Source: Mobula hypostoma (Eukaryota). Taken from it: a stretch of 64,000 nucleotides of DNA. Made by a program: the position numbers and the translations under genes. The DNA is taken from positions 20,956,001-21,020,000 of the forward strand of contig NC_086104.1 of assembly GCF_963921235.1 (NCBI RefSeq), given 5' to 3'. The notes below the pieces were generated by a model. It had not been told where the DNA came from and did not search any database. It saw only the letters and a list, made by a program, of their open reading frames with translations. Below are positions 53,601 to 64,000 of this stretch, piece after piece; position 1 is the first letter of the stretch; the number at the start of each line of letters is the position of its first letter.

Positions 53601-55297
53601 TACATTCAGCAGAGGTCTTTCACACAACAATAGTTGAACAAATACCAGTAACAAACAGCCTCTTTGAAAGAGAAACATGCAATGACCCTATGTTGTTAAA
53701 AGTGTATGACATCACGGTAAAGGGATGGCCAGCGCGGGGTAACACACTGTTTCCAGCCTTCTCAGCGAGGAAGGAGCAGTTGTCAGTGTGTCAAGCAGCA
53801 CTAATGTGTGGCTCACGAGTTGTGATTCCTCCCAAGCTACGCATCAGAGTGCTGGAGGAACTGCATGAGGGGCACCTGGGTGCCATGTAAATGAAAAATC
53901 TAGCCCGTGCCTATGTGTGGTGGCCAGGAATCGATAAACAGATTGAGGACTTGACCAAGAACTGCTCTGGATGTCAAAAGATCCAGAACACACCACCACA
54001 AGCGCCCCTCCATCCATGGGAGTGGCCCTCATCACCATGGCAACAAGTGCACATCGACTTTGCTGGACCATTCATGGACTCTATTTTTTTAATCACTGTC
54101 GGTGCACATTCCAAATGGCCAGAGGTCATCAGAATGAAGTCAATCACATCAGAAAAGACCATTACGGTTCTGAGGACCACGTTCGCCAGGAATGGCATAC
54201 CAGAACAAATCTGCACAGACAATGGATGACAATTTGTCTCTGAAGAATTCCAAAATTTTATGAAGAACAGTGGAATCAAGCACTTTACATCTGCCCCTTA
54301 TCATCCATCCACAAATGCCTTGGCAGAAAGATTTGTACAGACATTCAAGAAAGCCATCTAGGCAATGGACAACGAAAATCAACCACTGCAACACAAGATA
54401 GACAACTTCCTCCCTGCCTATCGTAATGCAGTATATGCAACCACTAATCAGACTCCAGCGATGATGTTTCTGAACAGGAACCTGAGGTCCCACATGGATC
54501 TTCTTAAACCAGATGTACGGTGTGATGTGGAGAACAGACAGTTCAAACACTTGAATGCTAAGTCAACACGGAGGTTCAGTGTGGGATAGTCAGTTCTTGC
54601 ATGTGATTACCGGACTGAAAAGTGGCCACCGGTACAATTTCCGCCATAGACAGACCACTAATGTATAGAGTACAGGTGGGAGAGAACGTATGTAGACGTC
54701 ATGTGGACCAAATCCTGGATGCTCAGGTGAAAAACTCAACAAAATCTTGCCCGGACTCCCTGGACATAGAAACAAACACACCTGATGTGACCACATCAGC
54801 CTCATGCACAGATAAGCCTGTCATCAGTGCTGAGGACCCACCTGATGTACCTGTGGAGACTATTTCCCCGAAGCAAACGTTTCAGGGCAGACGTTACCCA
54901 GAGAGGCAGAGAAGACCCCGCCAGAGACTTGAGTTATAATTATTATTATTATGTTACTTTATTATAATTTGATATTATTAAGTTACTAAGTAAACAATTA
55001 GTAAGCATTGTATGTTAAGGGTACACATATTTGTTTAGCGTAGTGCCCCCAGTAAAAAAAACAGTTGATACACTATTAAAATAAAAGGGGAGGATTATAC
55101 CATATAGTCTACTGTATAATATTGGACTACTTTATGTTGTAGTAATACATGGTATTGAGCATGTGCTATTAGGCGCGTATTGATCTGTACGTGTGTGTTC
55201 AGTTCGGTTTTAGTTAGTAAAGAACCCTGTTGATTTAACTCCCATCTCCAGCGTTTTATTTATAGCTTTGTTGTGTAAACCGGCCACATACACAACA
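50660..55297 (+). mobile_element. Decayed Ty3/Gypsy LTR retrotransposon (K02A2.6/Mag-like): gag, protease, RT, RNase H, integrase, 3' LTR
   Basis: Gag AERFKFHK...LRDRLVCG; CCHC knuckle CRNCGKQGHIGRIC; protease MDTGS; RT KIDLTQAYLQ; integrase VHIDFAGPF and TDNG; polypurine tract AAAAGGGGAGGA ~55083; many stops and frameshifts; 5' LTR not seen. Confidence 0.93.
51480..51881. mobile_element. ~400-bp retroelement fragment inserted in the Gypsy element
   Basis: TSD TATGGATC at 51472-51479 and 51882-51889; removing the insert restores VIWITPQVAGVRLKMEMDTGS. Confidence 0.75.
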
Positions 55298-55309
55298 AAT
55301 ACCTAACAA

Positions 55310-55950
55310 CTAGGAAACCTAGCAATGAGGAGGAACCCGTCGCTACTGCTGGCCTCCCTGATATTGCCATGGTTTCTGGGAGGATTACCAGAATCCTGAA
55401 GAAATACCAGATTAATACCATCCACAAACTCACAAGGAAACTCAAATCACAGCTTATGCAGGTCAAAGATGACTTGGGACTCAGGACGGCTGCCATTTGC
55501 AGGATTCCCTGTGAATGCGGAGCAGAGCATATCGGACAGACGGGTTATGTGGTGGAATCCTGCATCAAGGAGCACAGGAGGTGTATCAGTTTGGGATACC
55601 TGGAGAAATTGGTGGAAATGGAACATTGCGTTTCAAATGGCCTTAGGATTGACTTCGAAGGCACAAAACTCAGTGCTTTTGGGAAATAAAACTAGAGAAA
55701 AAGAATTTTATCAAAGACGAAGGTCTTGCTCTGAGTAAGAGCTGGAATTCAATTGTAAACGAGGTAGGACAGCAGAAACCTGATTGGATGAGGACTAACC
55801 AACCAGGAAGTATAGGTAACGGGGTATATATACCACCAGACTAGACATGCTGAGGTAACATCCCTGATGAAGGTGGCAGAGTTTGTCATCGAAACGTAGG
55901 TTAAAATCGATACCTGTGCCCAGCTGGAAGCCCAAGACGAATTTATTCAT
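55310..55950 (+). mobile_element. Second-family Penelope-like 3' fragment (GIY-YIG plus terminal repeat)
   Basis: ICRIPCECGAEHIGQTG...IKEHRRCI. Confidence 0.8.
55860..55902 (+). ncRNA. Minimal hammerhead ribozyme motif with intact core
   Basis: CC-CTGATGA-A-GGTGGCAG agt TTGTCATC-GAAAC-GTA-GG; stem I weak. Confidence 0.65.
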
Positions 55951-56464
55951 CTAAAATACCATATCACTATTCTTCTTTTGCACTTCTTAGTTATTTATCT
56001 TTATTGTAAGTTTTAGTAATTTGTTATGTACTGCTGTCATTAAATAACAAACTGCACAACTTGGGTCAGGTGACAATAAACCTGATTCTGATTATTGAGA
56101 GAGGTTGAACAGGCAAGGACTTTTCTACTTCCTTGAAGCATAAGAGATTCATTGGTGATCTTATGGAGATATAAAAAATCATGATAGATAAAGATAGGAT
56201 GAAATGCCCCTATCTCAGGGTTGGGGAATCAAGAACTGGAAGGTATTTGTTTAAGGTGAGAAGGGAAAGATTTAATAGGAACTGGAGCGGCAACATTTTT
56301 TCCACAGAGGATGGTGTGTATATGGAATGAGCTGCCAGCTGAAAAGTTTGGGGCAGGTACAATAACAATTTTTAAGAGGTGGTTGGACAGGTACGTTGAC
56401 AGGAAAGGTTTAGAAAGATATCAGCCAAATGCAGGCAAATTGTCTCGCTTGAATGGGCATTGGA

Positions 56465-58948
56465 CCAAAAGCAACACACATCAAAGTTGCTGGTGAACGC
56501 AGCAGGCCAGGCAGCATCTATAGGAAGAGGCGCAGTCGACGTTTCAGGCCGAGACCCTTCGTCAAGACTAACTGAAGGAAGAGTGAGTAAGGGATTTGAA
56601 AGCTGGAGGGGGAGGGGGAGATGCAAAATGATAGGAGAAGACAGGAGGGGGAGGGATAGAGCCGAGAGCTGGACAGGTGATAGGCAAAAGGGGATACGAG
56701 AGGATCATGGGACAGGAGGCCTAGGGAGAAAGACGGGGGGGGGGTGACCCAGAGGATGGGCAAGAGGTATATTCAGAGGGACAGAGGGAGAAAAAGGAGA
56801 GTGAGAGAAAGAATGTGTGCATAAAAATGAGTAACAGATGGGGTACGAGGGGAGGTGGGGCCTTAGCGGAAGTTAGAGAAGTCAATGTTCATGCCATCAG
56901 GTTGGAGGCTACCCAGACGGAATATAAGGTGTTGTTCCTCCAACCTGAGTGTGGCTTCATCTTTACAGTAGAGGAGGCCGTGGATAGACATGTCAGAATG
57001 GGAATGGGATGTGGAATTAAAATGTGTGGCCACTGGGAGATCCTGCTTTCTCTGGCGGACAGAGCGTAGATGTTCAGCAAAGCGGTCTCCCAGTCTGCGT
57101 CGGGTCTCACCAATATATAAAAGGCCACATCGGGAGCACCGGACGCAGTATATCACCCCAGTCGACTCACAGGTGAAGTGATGCCTCACCTGGAAGGACT
57201 GTTTGGGACCCTGAATGGTGGTAAGGGAGGAAGTGTAAGGGCATGTGTAGCACTTGTTCCGCTTACACGGATAAGTGCCAGGAGGGAGATCAGTGGGGAG
57301 GGATGGGGGGGGACGAATGGACAAGGGAGTTGTGTAGGGAGCGATCCCTGCGGAATGCAGAGAGAGGGGGGGAGGGAAAGATGTGCTTAGTGGTGGGATC
57401 CCGTTGGAGGTGGCAGAAGTTACGGAGGGTAATATGTTGGACCCGGAGGCTGGTGGGGTGGTAGGTGAGGACCAGGGGAACCCTATTCCTAGTGGGGTGG
57501 TGGGAGGATGGAGTGAGAGCAGATGTACGTGAAATGGGGGAGATGCGTTTAAGAGCAGAGTTGATAGTGGAGGAAGGGAAGCCCCTTTCTTTAAAAAATG
57601 AAGACATCTCCCTCGTCCTAGAATGAAAAGCCTCATCCTGAGAGCAGATGCGGCGGAGACGGAGGAATTGCGAGAAGGGGATGGCGTTTTTGCAAGAGAC
57701 AGGGTGAGAAGAGGAATAGTCCAGATAGCTGTGGGAGTCAGTAGACTTATAGTAGACATCAGTGGATAAGCTGTCTCCAGAGACAGAGACAGAAAGATCT
57801 AGAAAGGGGAGGGAAGTGTCGGAAATGGACCAGGTAAACTTGAGGGCAGGGTGAAAGTTGGAGGCAAAGTTAATAAAGTCAACGAGTTCTGCATGCGTGC
57901 AGGAAGCAGCGCCAATGCAGTCGTCGATGTAGCGAAGGAAAAGTGGGGGACAGATACCAGAATAGGCACGGAACATAGATTGTTCCACAAACCCAACAAA
58001 AAGGCAGGCATAGCTAGGACCCATACGGGTGCCCATAGCTACACCTTTAGTTTGGAGGAAATGGGAGGAGCAAAAGGAGAAGTTATTAAGAGTAAGGACT
58101 AATTCCGCTAGACGGAGCAGAGTGGTGGTAGAGGGGAACTGATTAGGTCTGGAATCCAAAAAGAAGTGTAGAGCTTTGAGACCTTCCTGATGGGGGATGG
58201 AAGTATATAAGGACTGGACATCCATGGTGAAAATAAAGCGGTGGGGGCCAGGGAACTTAAAATCATCGAAAAGTTTAAGAGCGTGAGAAGTGTCACGAAC
58301 ATAGGTCGGAAGGGATTGAACAAGGGGTGATAAAACAGTGTCGAGGTATGCAGAAACGAGTTCGGTGGGGCAGGAGCAAGCTGAGACAATAGGTCTGCCA
58401 GGACTGGCAGGTTTGTGGATCTTGGGTAGGAGGTAGAAACGGGAAGTGCGGGGTGTGGGAACTATAAGGTTGGTAGCAGTGGATGGGAGATCCCCTGAGC
58501 GGATAAAGTCGTTGATAGTGTGGGAGACAATGGCCTGGTGCTCCTTAGTGGGGTCACGATCGAGGGGTAAATAAGAGGAGGTATCCGCGAGTTGTCGCTG
58601 TGCCTCGGCAAGGTAGAGGTCAGTACGCCAGACTACAACAGCACCCCCTTTATCAGCGGGTTTAATAATAATGTTAGGATTAGTGCGGAGGGAGTGGAGA
58701 GCAGAGCGTTCCGAAGGAGTGAGGTTGGAATGGGGACAAGGTGCGGTGAAGTCGAGACGGTTGATGTCCTGTCGGCAGTTGGCAATAAAGAGATCCAGAG
58801 CAGGCAGAAGACCAGAGCGGGGTGTCCATGAAGAAGAGGAGGGTTGAAGACGGGAGAAGGGGTCATCGGTGGGGGTGGAAGAGTCCTTGCTGAAGAAGTA
58901 GGCTCGGAGACGGCGGAAGAAAAGTTCTGCATCGTGGCCCGTTTCCAT
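56465..58948 (-). mobile_element. Young Penelope-like element (RT plus GIY-YIG endonuclease), 5'-truncated, one frameshift
   Basis: KPADKG, LPKIHK, MDVQSLY, GVAMG, RYIDD motifs; VIYCVRCSRCGLLYIGET; terminal repeat with hammerhead motif at 56534-56569. Confidence 0.95.
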
Positions 58949-59478
58949 GCTGTAAGACTCTAACTCTATGACACATGGATGTTTATAAAATGCACCTTTC
59001 AGATTTTGATGTACTCTTTCTCAGAAAGAGGAAGAGCAACATCAAAACAAAAAAGCCATTGGCAATTCCCAGGAATAAATGAAATAAATTGAAAGAATCT
59101 ATAAATAAAGAAAACACAATTTGGAAGGACAGGCTTTAAAATTGTTTAAAATATTTACTTATAGTAGAGGTTTGTGATAGTATCAGATATTTAAGTTACA
59201 AATTCATGACCCTGGCACATCATTACTTGTCATTTTTGGAGTATGCATATGTAGCCTGTATTTTCAATTCCCTTATCACACAACCTCTACAGATATCTAT
59301 GCATGGGAAATAACCAATACAAATATTTGACCAAGGTTCAGCTTCATCAAATAATGATTTCCTTTTCCCTTGTGGAAGAATGCCTGGCTGGTACTTGCAT
59401 GATTTCACTGGTGTCAATGTGTTGGTACAGAAACAACACAAGCATGTTTAACAGCATTCTTTTTTGATATGGATACAG

Positions 59479-59616
59479 GCTGCAAGAGCAAAAGGAATGG
59501 ATTGTATTGTTGCACCTTATGAAGCTGATGCTCAGTTGGCTTATTTAAACAAGATTGGCATAGCTCAAGCAGTAATCACAGAAGATTCTGACCTGTTGGC
59601 ATTTGGATGTAAAAAA
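59479..59616 (+). CDS. EXO1: EXO1 coding exon 4 ([46 protein letters not shown])
   Basis: XPG-I motifs APYEADAQ and TEDSDLL; 138 nt; AG/GT boundaries. Confidence 0.97.
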
Positions 59617-60277
59617 GTAAGTGGAAAACCTTAAACAATTTTAATATAAAGGGATAAGATAACTACTTTGTCCTAATGTTAGTCATACAAAGTCAAATCA
59701 AGAAACTTGAAGAAGAGTGGTAGCTAACAGCAGTACTTCTTGATATTATTAGTATTATTATTATTATTACAGTTAATAATTGGAAAGGAGTAGATTGTTA
59801 TACAGACTTTTTCTCCCCAGCAGATATTAACTACTTGAGCATATATGGGATTTTAAGAAAATCAGTTTAGAATTTGGATTTATTCGCCTTGAAGATAGTA
59901 GTGAGCCTCCTTCTTGAACCAGTCTATTCTATCATGTTATAATATACTATTATCCAGGACTTAGATTTGTTGGCAAGAGGAAGATAGTGGTGCGAAGGAG
60001 AAATCTATATGCATTGATGTTCCCTTGCCTTTACAGTTAGATGGGGAAATGAGGCCAACCACCTTAACTATTTCTTATTTCTTGTGGTTGATAATTTATT
60101 GCTCTTGATTATTCTTTGCATGTCTGTCTGATTTTTCAAGGGCCAGTTGAAGAATCAATCTTTTTTTAAAAACATTCTGCACACTATATGAATAAGAGTA
60201 TTAACAGAAGTCAAGAAAAATTGTGATATCAAATCAGCTGAATAATTTGTAAGCGTCTTTTCTTACTGTGCTTTTAG

Positions 60278-60490
60278 GTTGTACTAAAAGTGGACAAGTG
60301 TGGGAATGGCATGGAAATTGACAAGGCTCGTTTTGGCAAATGCAAGCAACTGGGAGATGTCTTCACTGAAGAGAAGTTTAGATACATGTGCATTTTATCA
60401 GGGTGCGATTATTTGCCATCTATCCATGGAATTGGTTTGGCCAAAGCATGCAAATTGCTGCGGGTTGCTAACAATCCAGATATCATAACG
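60278..60490 (+). CDS. EXO1: EXO1 coding exon 5 ([11 protein letters not shown]...[23 protein letters not shown]...DIIT)
   Basis: H2TH/HhH motif [12 protein letters not shown]; 213 nt; tag|...|gtaggt. Confidence 0.97.
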
Positions 60491-60635
60491 GTAGGTCCAT
60501 TTGACCCTGAGATTTTGCCCAATTTGGCTTAATTTTGCTACTTTAATGGAAAGCTTTATCAAAATTGTGCAGTGTGTTTTGGATGGCATAAATTGTTTAT
60601 CTAACTACTGCTTATTCTTTTTGTCTCTTTTATAG

Positions 60636-60823
60636 GTGATCAAGAAAATGGGACAATATTTGAAGACAAATGTGATTGTACCAGATGAATATATAAATGG
60701 CTTCATCAGGGCAAATAACACATTTCTATATCAATTAGTGTTCGATCCATTGAAGCGGAAGCTTGTTCCTTTAAATGATTATTCTGATGGTGTTGATCCA
60801 AAATCTCTTGACTATGCTGGGCA
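60636..60823 (+). CDS. EXO1: EXO1 coding exon 6 ([10 protein letters not shown]...[13 protein letters not shown]...DYAG); gene continues beyond the window
   Basis: FLYQLVFDP motif; tag| acceptor; ends at donor GTATCCTTT; 188 nt. Confidence 0.94.
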
Positions 60824-60832
60824 GTATCCTTT
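60824..60832 (+). other. U12-type (minor spliceosome) 5' splice site
   Basis: GTATCCTTT matches the U12 donor consensus RTATCCTTT exactly, close to where EXO1 homology ends. Confidence 0.88.
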
Positions 60833-62894
60833 ACATTATTGTTTAACCAGATTTTTAAAAAATTTTTTTAAAAGTGCATTTATGTGAATGCAAAGAAAAC
60901 GGTCGCTTGTACAATATTAATGTTTGGGGTGGCTCTGAAGAAACAGGTGTGGGGGTGTGGAGGAAGTAAGCAGTTGCAGAAGTTAAGCAGATAGCTAAAG
61001 CTTGCAAGCCTGCCCTGGCAATATGTTGAAGTGGTATGGTAGTGATAAAATATAGTCTGGTATTCCTCACACCACATTCTTTATCATTTGAACACTTCGG
61101 CCCTCTTGCACTATTTGGATGTCAGTGCCTAAAATTTCGATTTAAAAATAGTGAATAAAGCTGAAGGAAGAAAGTGTAGGTGGAGAAACATTTGTACAAA
61201 GTTGCTTTGGAGTGCAAGATCCTGGCCTCGTTATCAATATCGTTTCCTTACACCATTCTTGAAATGACTTGTTTCTAGAATAACATTTGCAAGGTGCTGC
61301 AGCTGCTTGAAGGTGAACCACCCCACAGTATTTGGGTATTGCTTGCAGCTTCACCAAACTTCAACTCAGAAAAAGAAAGTAATCTATGTTGCAGAAGAAT
61401 CATTATTTGTGTATTGTGGTTATTGAGCTTAATTTATGTTAGCAGTCAGTTCAACCATGTTACCAATTTTGATTCCATGGTTACCAGAGAAAGGAAGGCC
61501 ATTTCTGGATAAAAGAAGATGAATTGTAATTTTTTATATGAAAGCACTGTACATACCATTGCAATTTTGCACATTAACCCTTGTCAATTATTGTAACTAA
61601 CCCTAACTCATACATATTTGGAATCTGGGAGGAAACCGGGCCACATGGAGGTTACGGGGAGAACATAAAAACTCTTTATATACAGCAGCAAGAGTTGAAC
61701 CCTAGTCTCATAACTGGCGCTGTAAAAGTTGTGCTAACCACTATGCTACAGTGGTATGATATAACATCTTTCTGCATATGCAGTCTGTGTTTTTTTATCC
61801 ATTCTTATGCAAATTTAAAAGAAGCAGATATTGTCATATATTTGTATGCATCATATTAATTTAGTTTATTTTCTAGTAATTCAAAGGTAAATCACTCTTG
61901 GAGCAGTGGGATTGGAAATTCCATTTAGGAATGAGATTCATTGAGTTTCAAAGTAAGCATTTCCCACAAAGCAAAAGAATAAGTACTAAATTCAGTGTTA
62001 CAGGTTGCAGAACAATTTTGTTGAAGTTTATGTTGAACACTCAGATTAAGATAGCTGAAAGCTTGGAAATGTGTAGAATATTTAGGAGCTAAATACAAAT
62101 TGGGAAATCAATTAAAATATTGGTAGGCTAAAATCTAAGAAAATACAATGATTTATGTGAACATGTAGAATGAAGGAGTAACTAAAGAAAAAGAGCCTAT
62201 TAGAGATCATACAGCGAACCCATATGTGTAATTGCAGGACACGGATATGATTCTTAACGGACATTTTGCACCTGTCAGCACAAAAGAAAAAGAACCATGT
62301 CAATGCATGAAGAAAATATTGCATGAGGGAAGCATTAAGAGGCTTACCATCTGTCAAAATGGGTATATGTCCAGGTGCACAAAACCATTAGAAATGGGAT
62401 TTGGAATGGGCCGCTTGGCCCCTCGTATCTGTGGTGCCATTAAATTAAGTCAAGAACAAAGAATATCACTGAGGTGAGCCAGGGTTGCCGTTGGTGATAA
62501 GATGTTGATGAAGCCATCTACGTGGGAAGGTCACGGGGGCAGTTTGAGAACACAAAGGGATATGTAAAAGGTTGTCAAATGCTGGTCCCAGTTATGTGAG
62601 TTACCCAGCAGATCAGGCACTGTAGGTTGGAAAAGAAAAACTGAGTTAAATATCATATATGGACAATCAATAACAAGACCAGCTAGTTCTGATACAAATT
62701 CTAAAAACGTAAGTCATGTCGAAGTGTAGAATTCTGTTTATGTGAGAAATGGCCAATTCTACTGTGAAGTGTCCATCTGTTTTTTTAAAGCGGAACCTCT
62801 GATAATTTTTTTATTCCCTTCTGGTTACACAAGATGTGTCAGAGAATTGAAAAACCTGTTAATGTGTCATTGTTCAAAAGGGAGAAATAATTGG

Positions 62895-63052
62895 GCTGAG
62901 CAGGCCAGGCAGCATCGATGGAGAAGAGTCGATGTTTCGAGCTGAGACCCTTCATCGGGACTTTTCCATAGGGGCTGCCAGGCTTGCTGAGTTCCTCCAG
63001 CATTTAGTGTGTATTGTTTTGATTTCCAGCATCTGCAGATTTTCCCTTGTTT
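62895..63052. mobile_element. Inverted Penelope terminal-repeat fragments
   Basis: Same family as 48732-48999 and 43730-44090; decayed hammerhead on minus at 62927-62962. Confidence 0.75.
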
Positions 63053-63589
63053 GTAATAATTGGGCTGTTGGCTTAATTTTAGTAGTTGGAATTGTACTGA
63101 ATTCTCAAGGATCAGTATAAGCCTGCACATGGGGAAAGTGCAGACTTAACAAATCCATTTGACCTATCTCTTTTAGGGGAATATCGTATCTGACCAATTT
63201 GTTTTAATTTTACTTGAGGAGTAACAAGAAGAGTTAACAAGGGCTGTGTGTTGATTGTCTGCCTTGATTTTCGTAAAGCTTATGATGAGTTGCCACAGGG
63301 CAGGCTTTTCAATGAAGTCCAAAGGAAAGTGACAATTTTGATCCACAGCCTTGAGTGTTAGACTACAGAGCATGATAGTCTGTCAATTGGAAGAAAAATT
63401 ACAAATCCAGGGAAATCTGAGGTAATTCACATGGGAGTTGTTCAAGGCAAAATAATATTCACTAAATGGGAGGATGTTAATGTTGTGGAACAACAAAGGA
63501 CCTTGAAGTGTAACAAAGAGCAGGACAAATCAATTAAACATACTGTAGAATATAGAAAGTACAGGCCTTGGGAAAAGTCTCTAGCTGTC

Positions 63590-64000
63590 AACTCTATCAC
63601 TGTCTTTTATCATTTCTTTGCACTTCTGTTAAGTCACTTCTCTTCTAAAGTGAGAAGCCCTAGCTCGCTCAACCTTCTTCATAAGACATGCTCTCTCATC
63701 TAGGCAGCATTCTGGAAAATCTCAGTTCCCTCTCTAAACTTCCACATCTTTCCTATAATGAAATGATCAGAACTGAACACAATACTCCAAGTTATATAGA
63801 ACTGCAACATTACTTCGAGTCTCTGGAACTCAATTCCCTGACTAATGAAGGCCACCACACCATACACCTTCTTAAACACCCTATCAACTTGTGCACCAAC
63901 TTTGAGGGATCCATAAATGTGGACCTCAAGATTTCTGTTTCTCCCCACTGCTAAGAATCTTGCTATTAAATCTACTGTATCTTCATGTTCGGCCTTCCAA
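63590..64000 (-). mobile_element. CR1 LINE fragment
   Basis: LEVHIYGSLKVGAQVDRVFKKVYGVVAFISQGIEF. Confidence 0.8.

Noticed and set aside
50676-54939. Domesticated Gypsy gag or integrase gene
   Set aside because: Numerous stops, frameshifts and insertions throughout indicate neutral decay.
62248-62300. TTCTTAAC as the U12 branch point of the next EXO1 exon
   Set aside because: The downstream translation (TKEKEPCQC...) does not resemble the EXO1 continuation; the true exon is probably beyond the window.

Overview
AT-rich, repeat-dense vertebrate genomic DNA. The CR1, Penelope and tRNA-SINE landscape suggests a cartilaginous fish (inference). It holds three protein-coding genes. (1) A complete six-exon YIPF4 on the minus strand: CDS 44563 to 1618, 243 aa, all GT-AG. 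(2) An intronless membrane progestin receptor ORF of the fish mPR-alpha/PAQR7 type (29341..30399, +), nested antisense inside the 28-kb first intron of YIPF4. (3) The first six coding exons of EXO1 (+), head-to-head with YIPF4 across a ~340-bp CpG-rich promoter; the last visible exon ends at a U12-type donor (GTATCCTTT). The introns hold nested transposons: CR1 and other LINEs, Penelope-like elements, a dead Gypsy element, hAT, Tigger and Tc1 elements, SINEs and a 41-bp LINE-derived minisatellite. Minimal type-I hammerhead ribozyme motifs from two Penelope families recur at eight positions, several in inverted pairs. There is one 156-N assembly gap. I found no CRISPR array, rRNA gene or genuine tRNA gene. 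Coordinates were read by hand; repeat boundaries are approximate unless a TIR or TSD is quoted.
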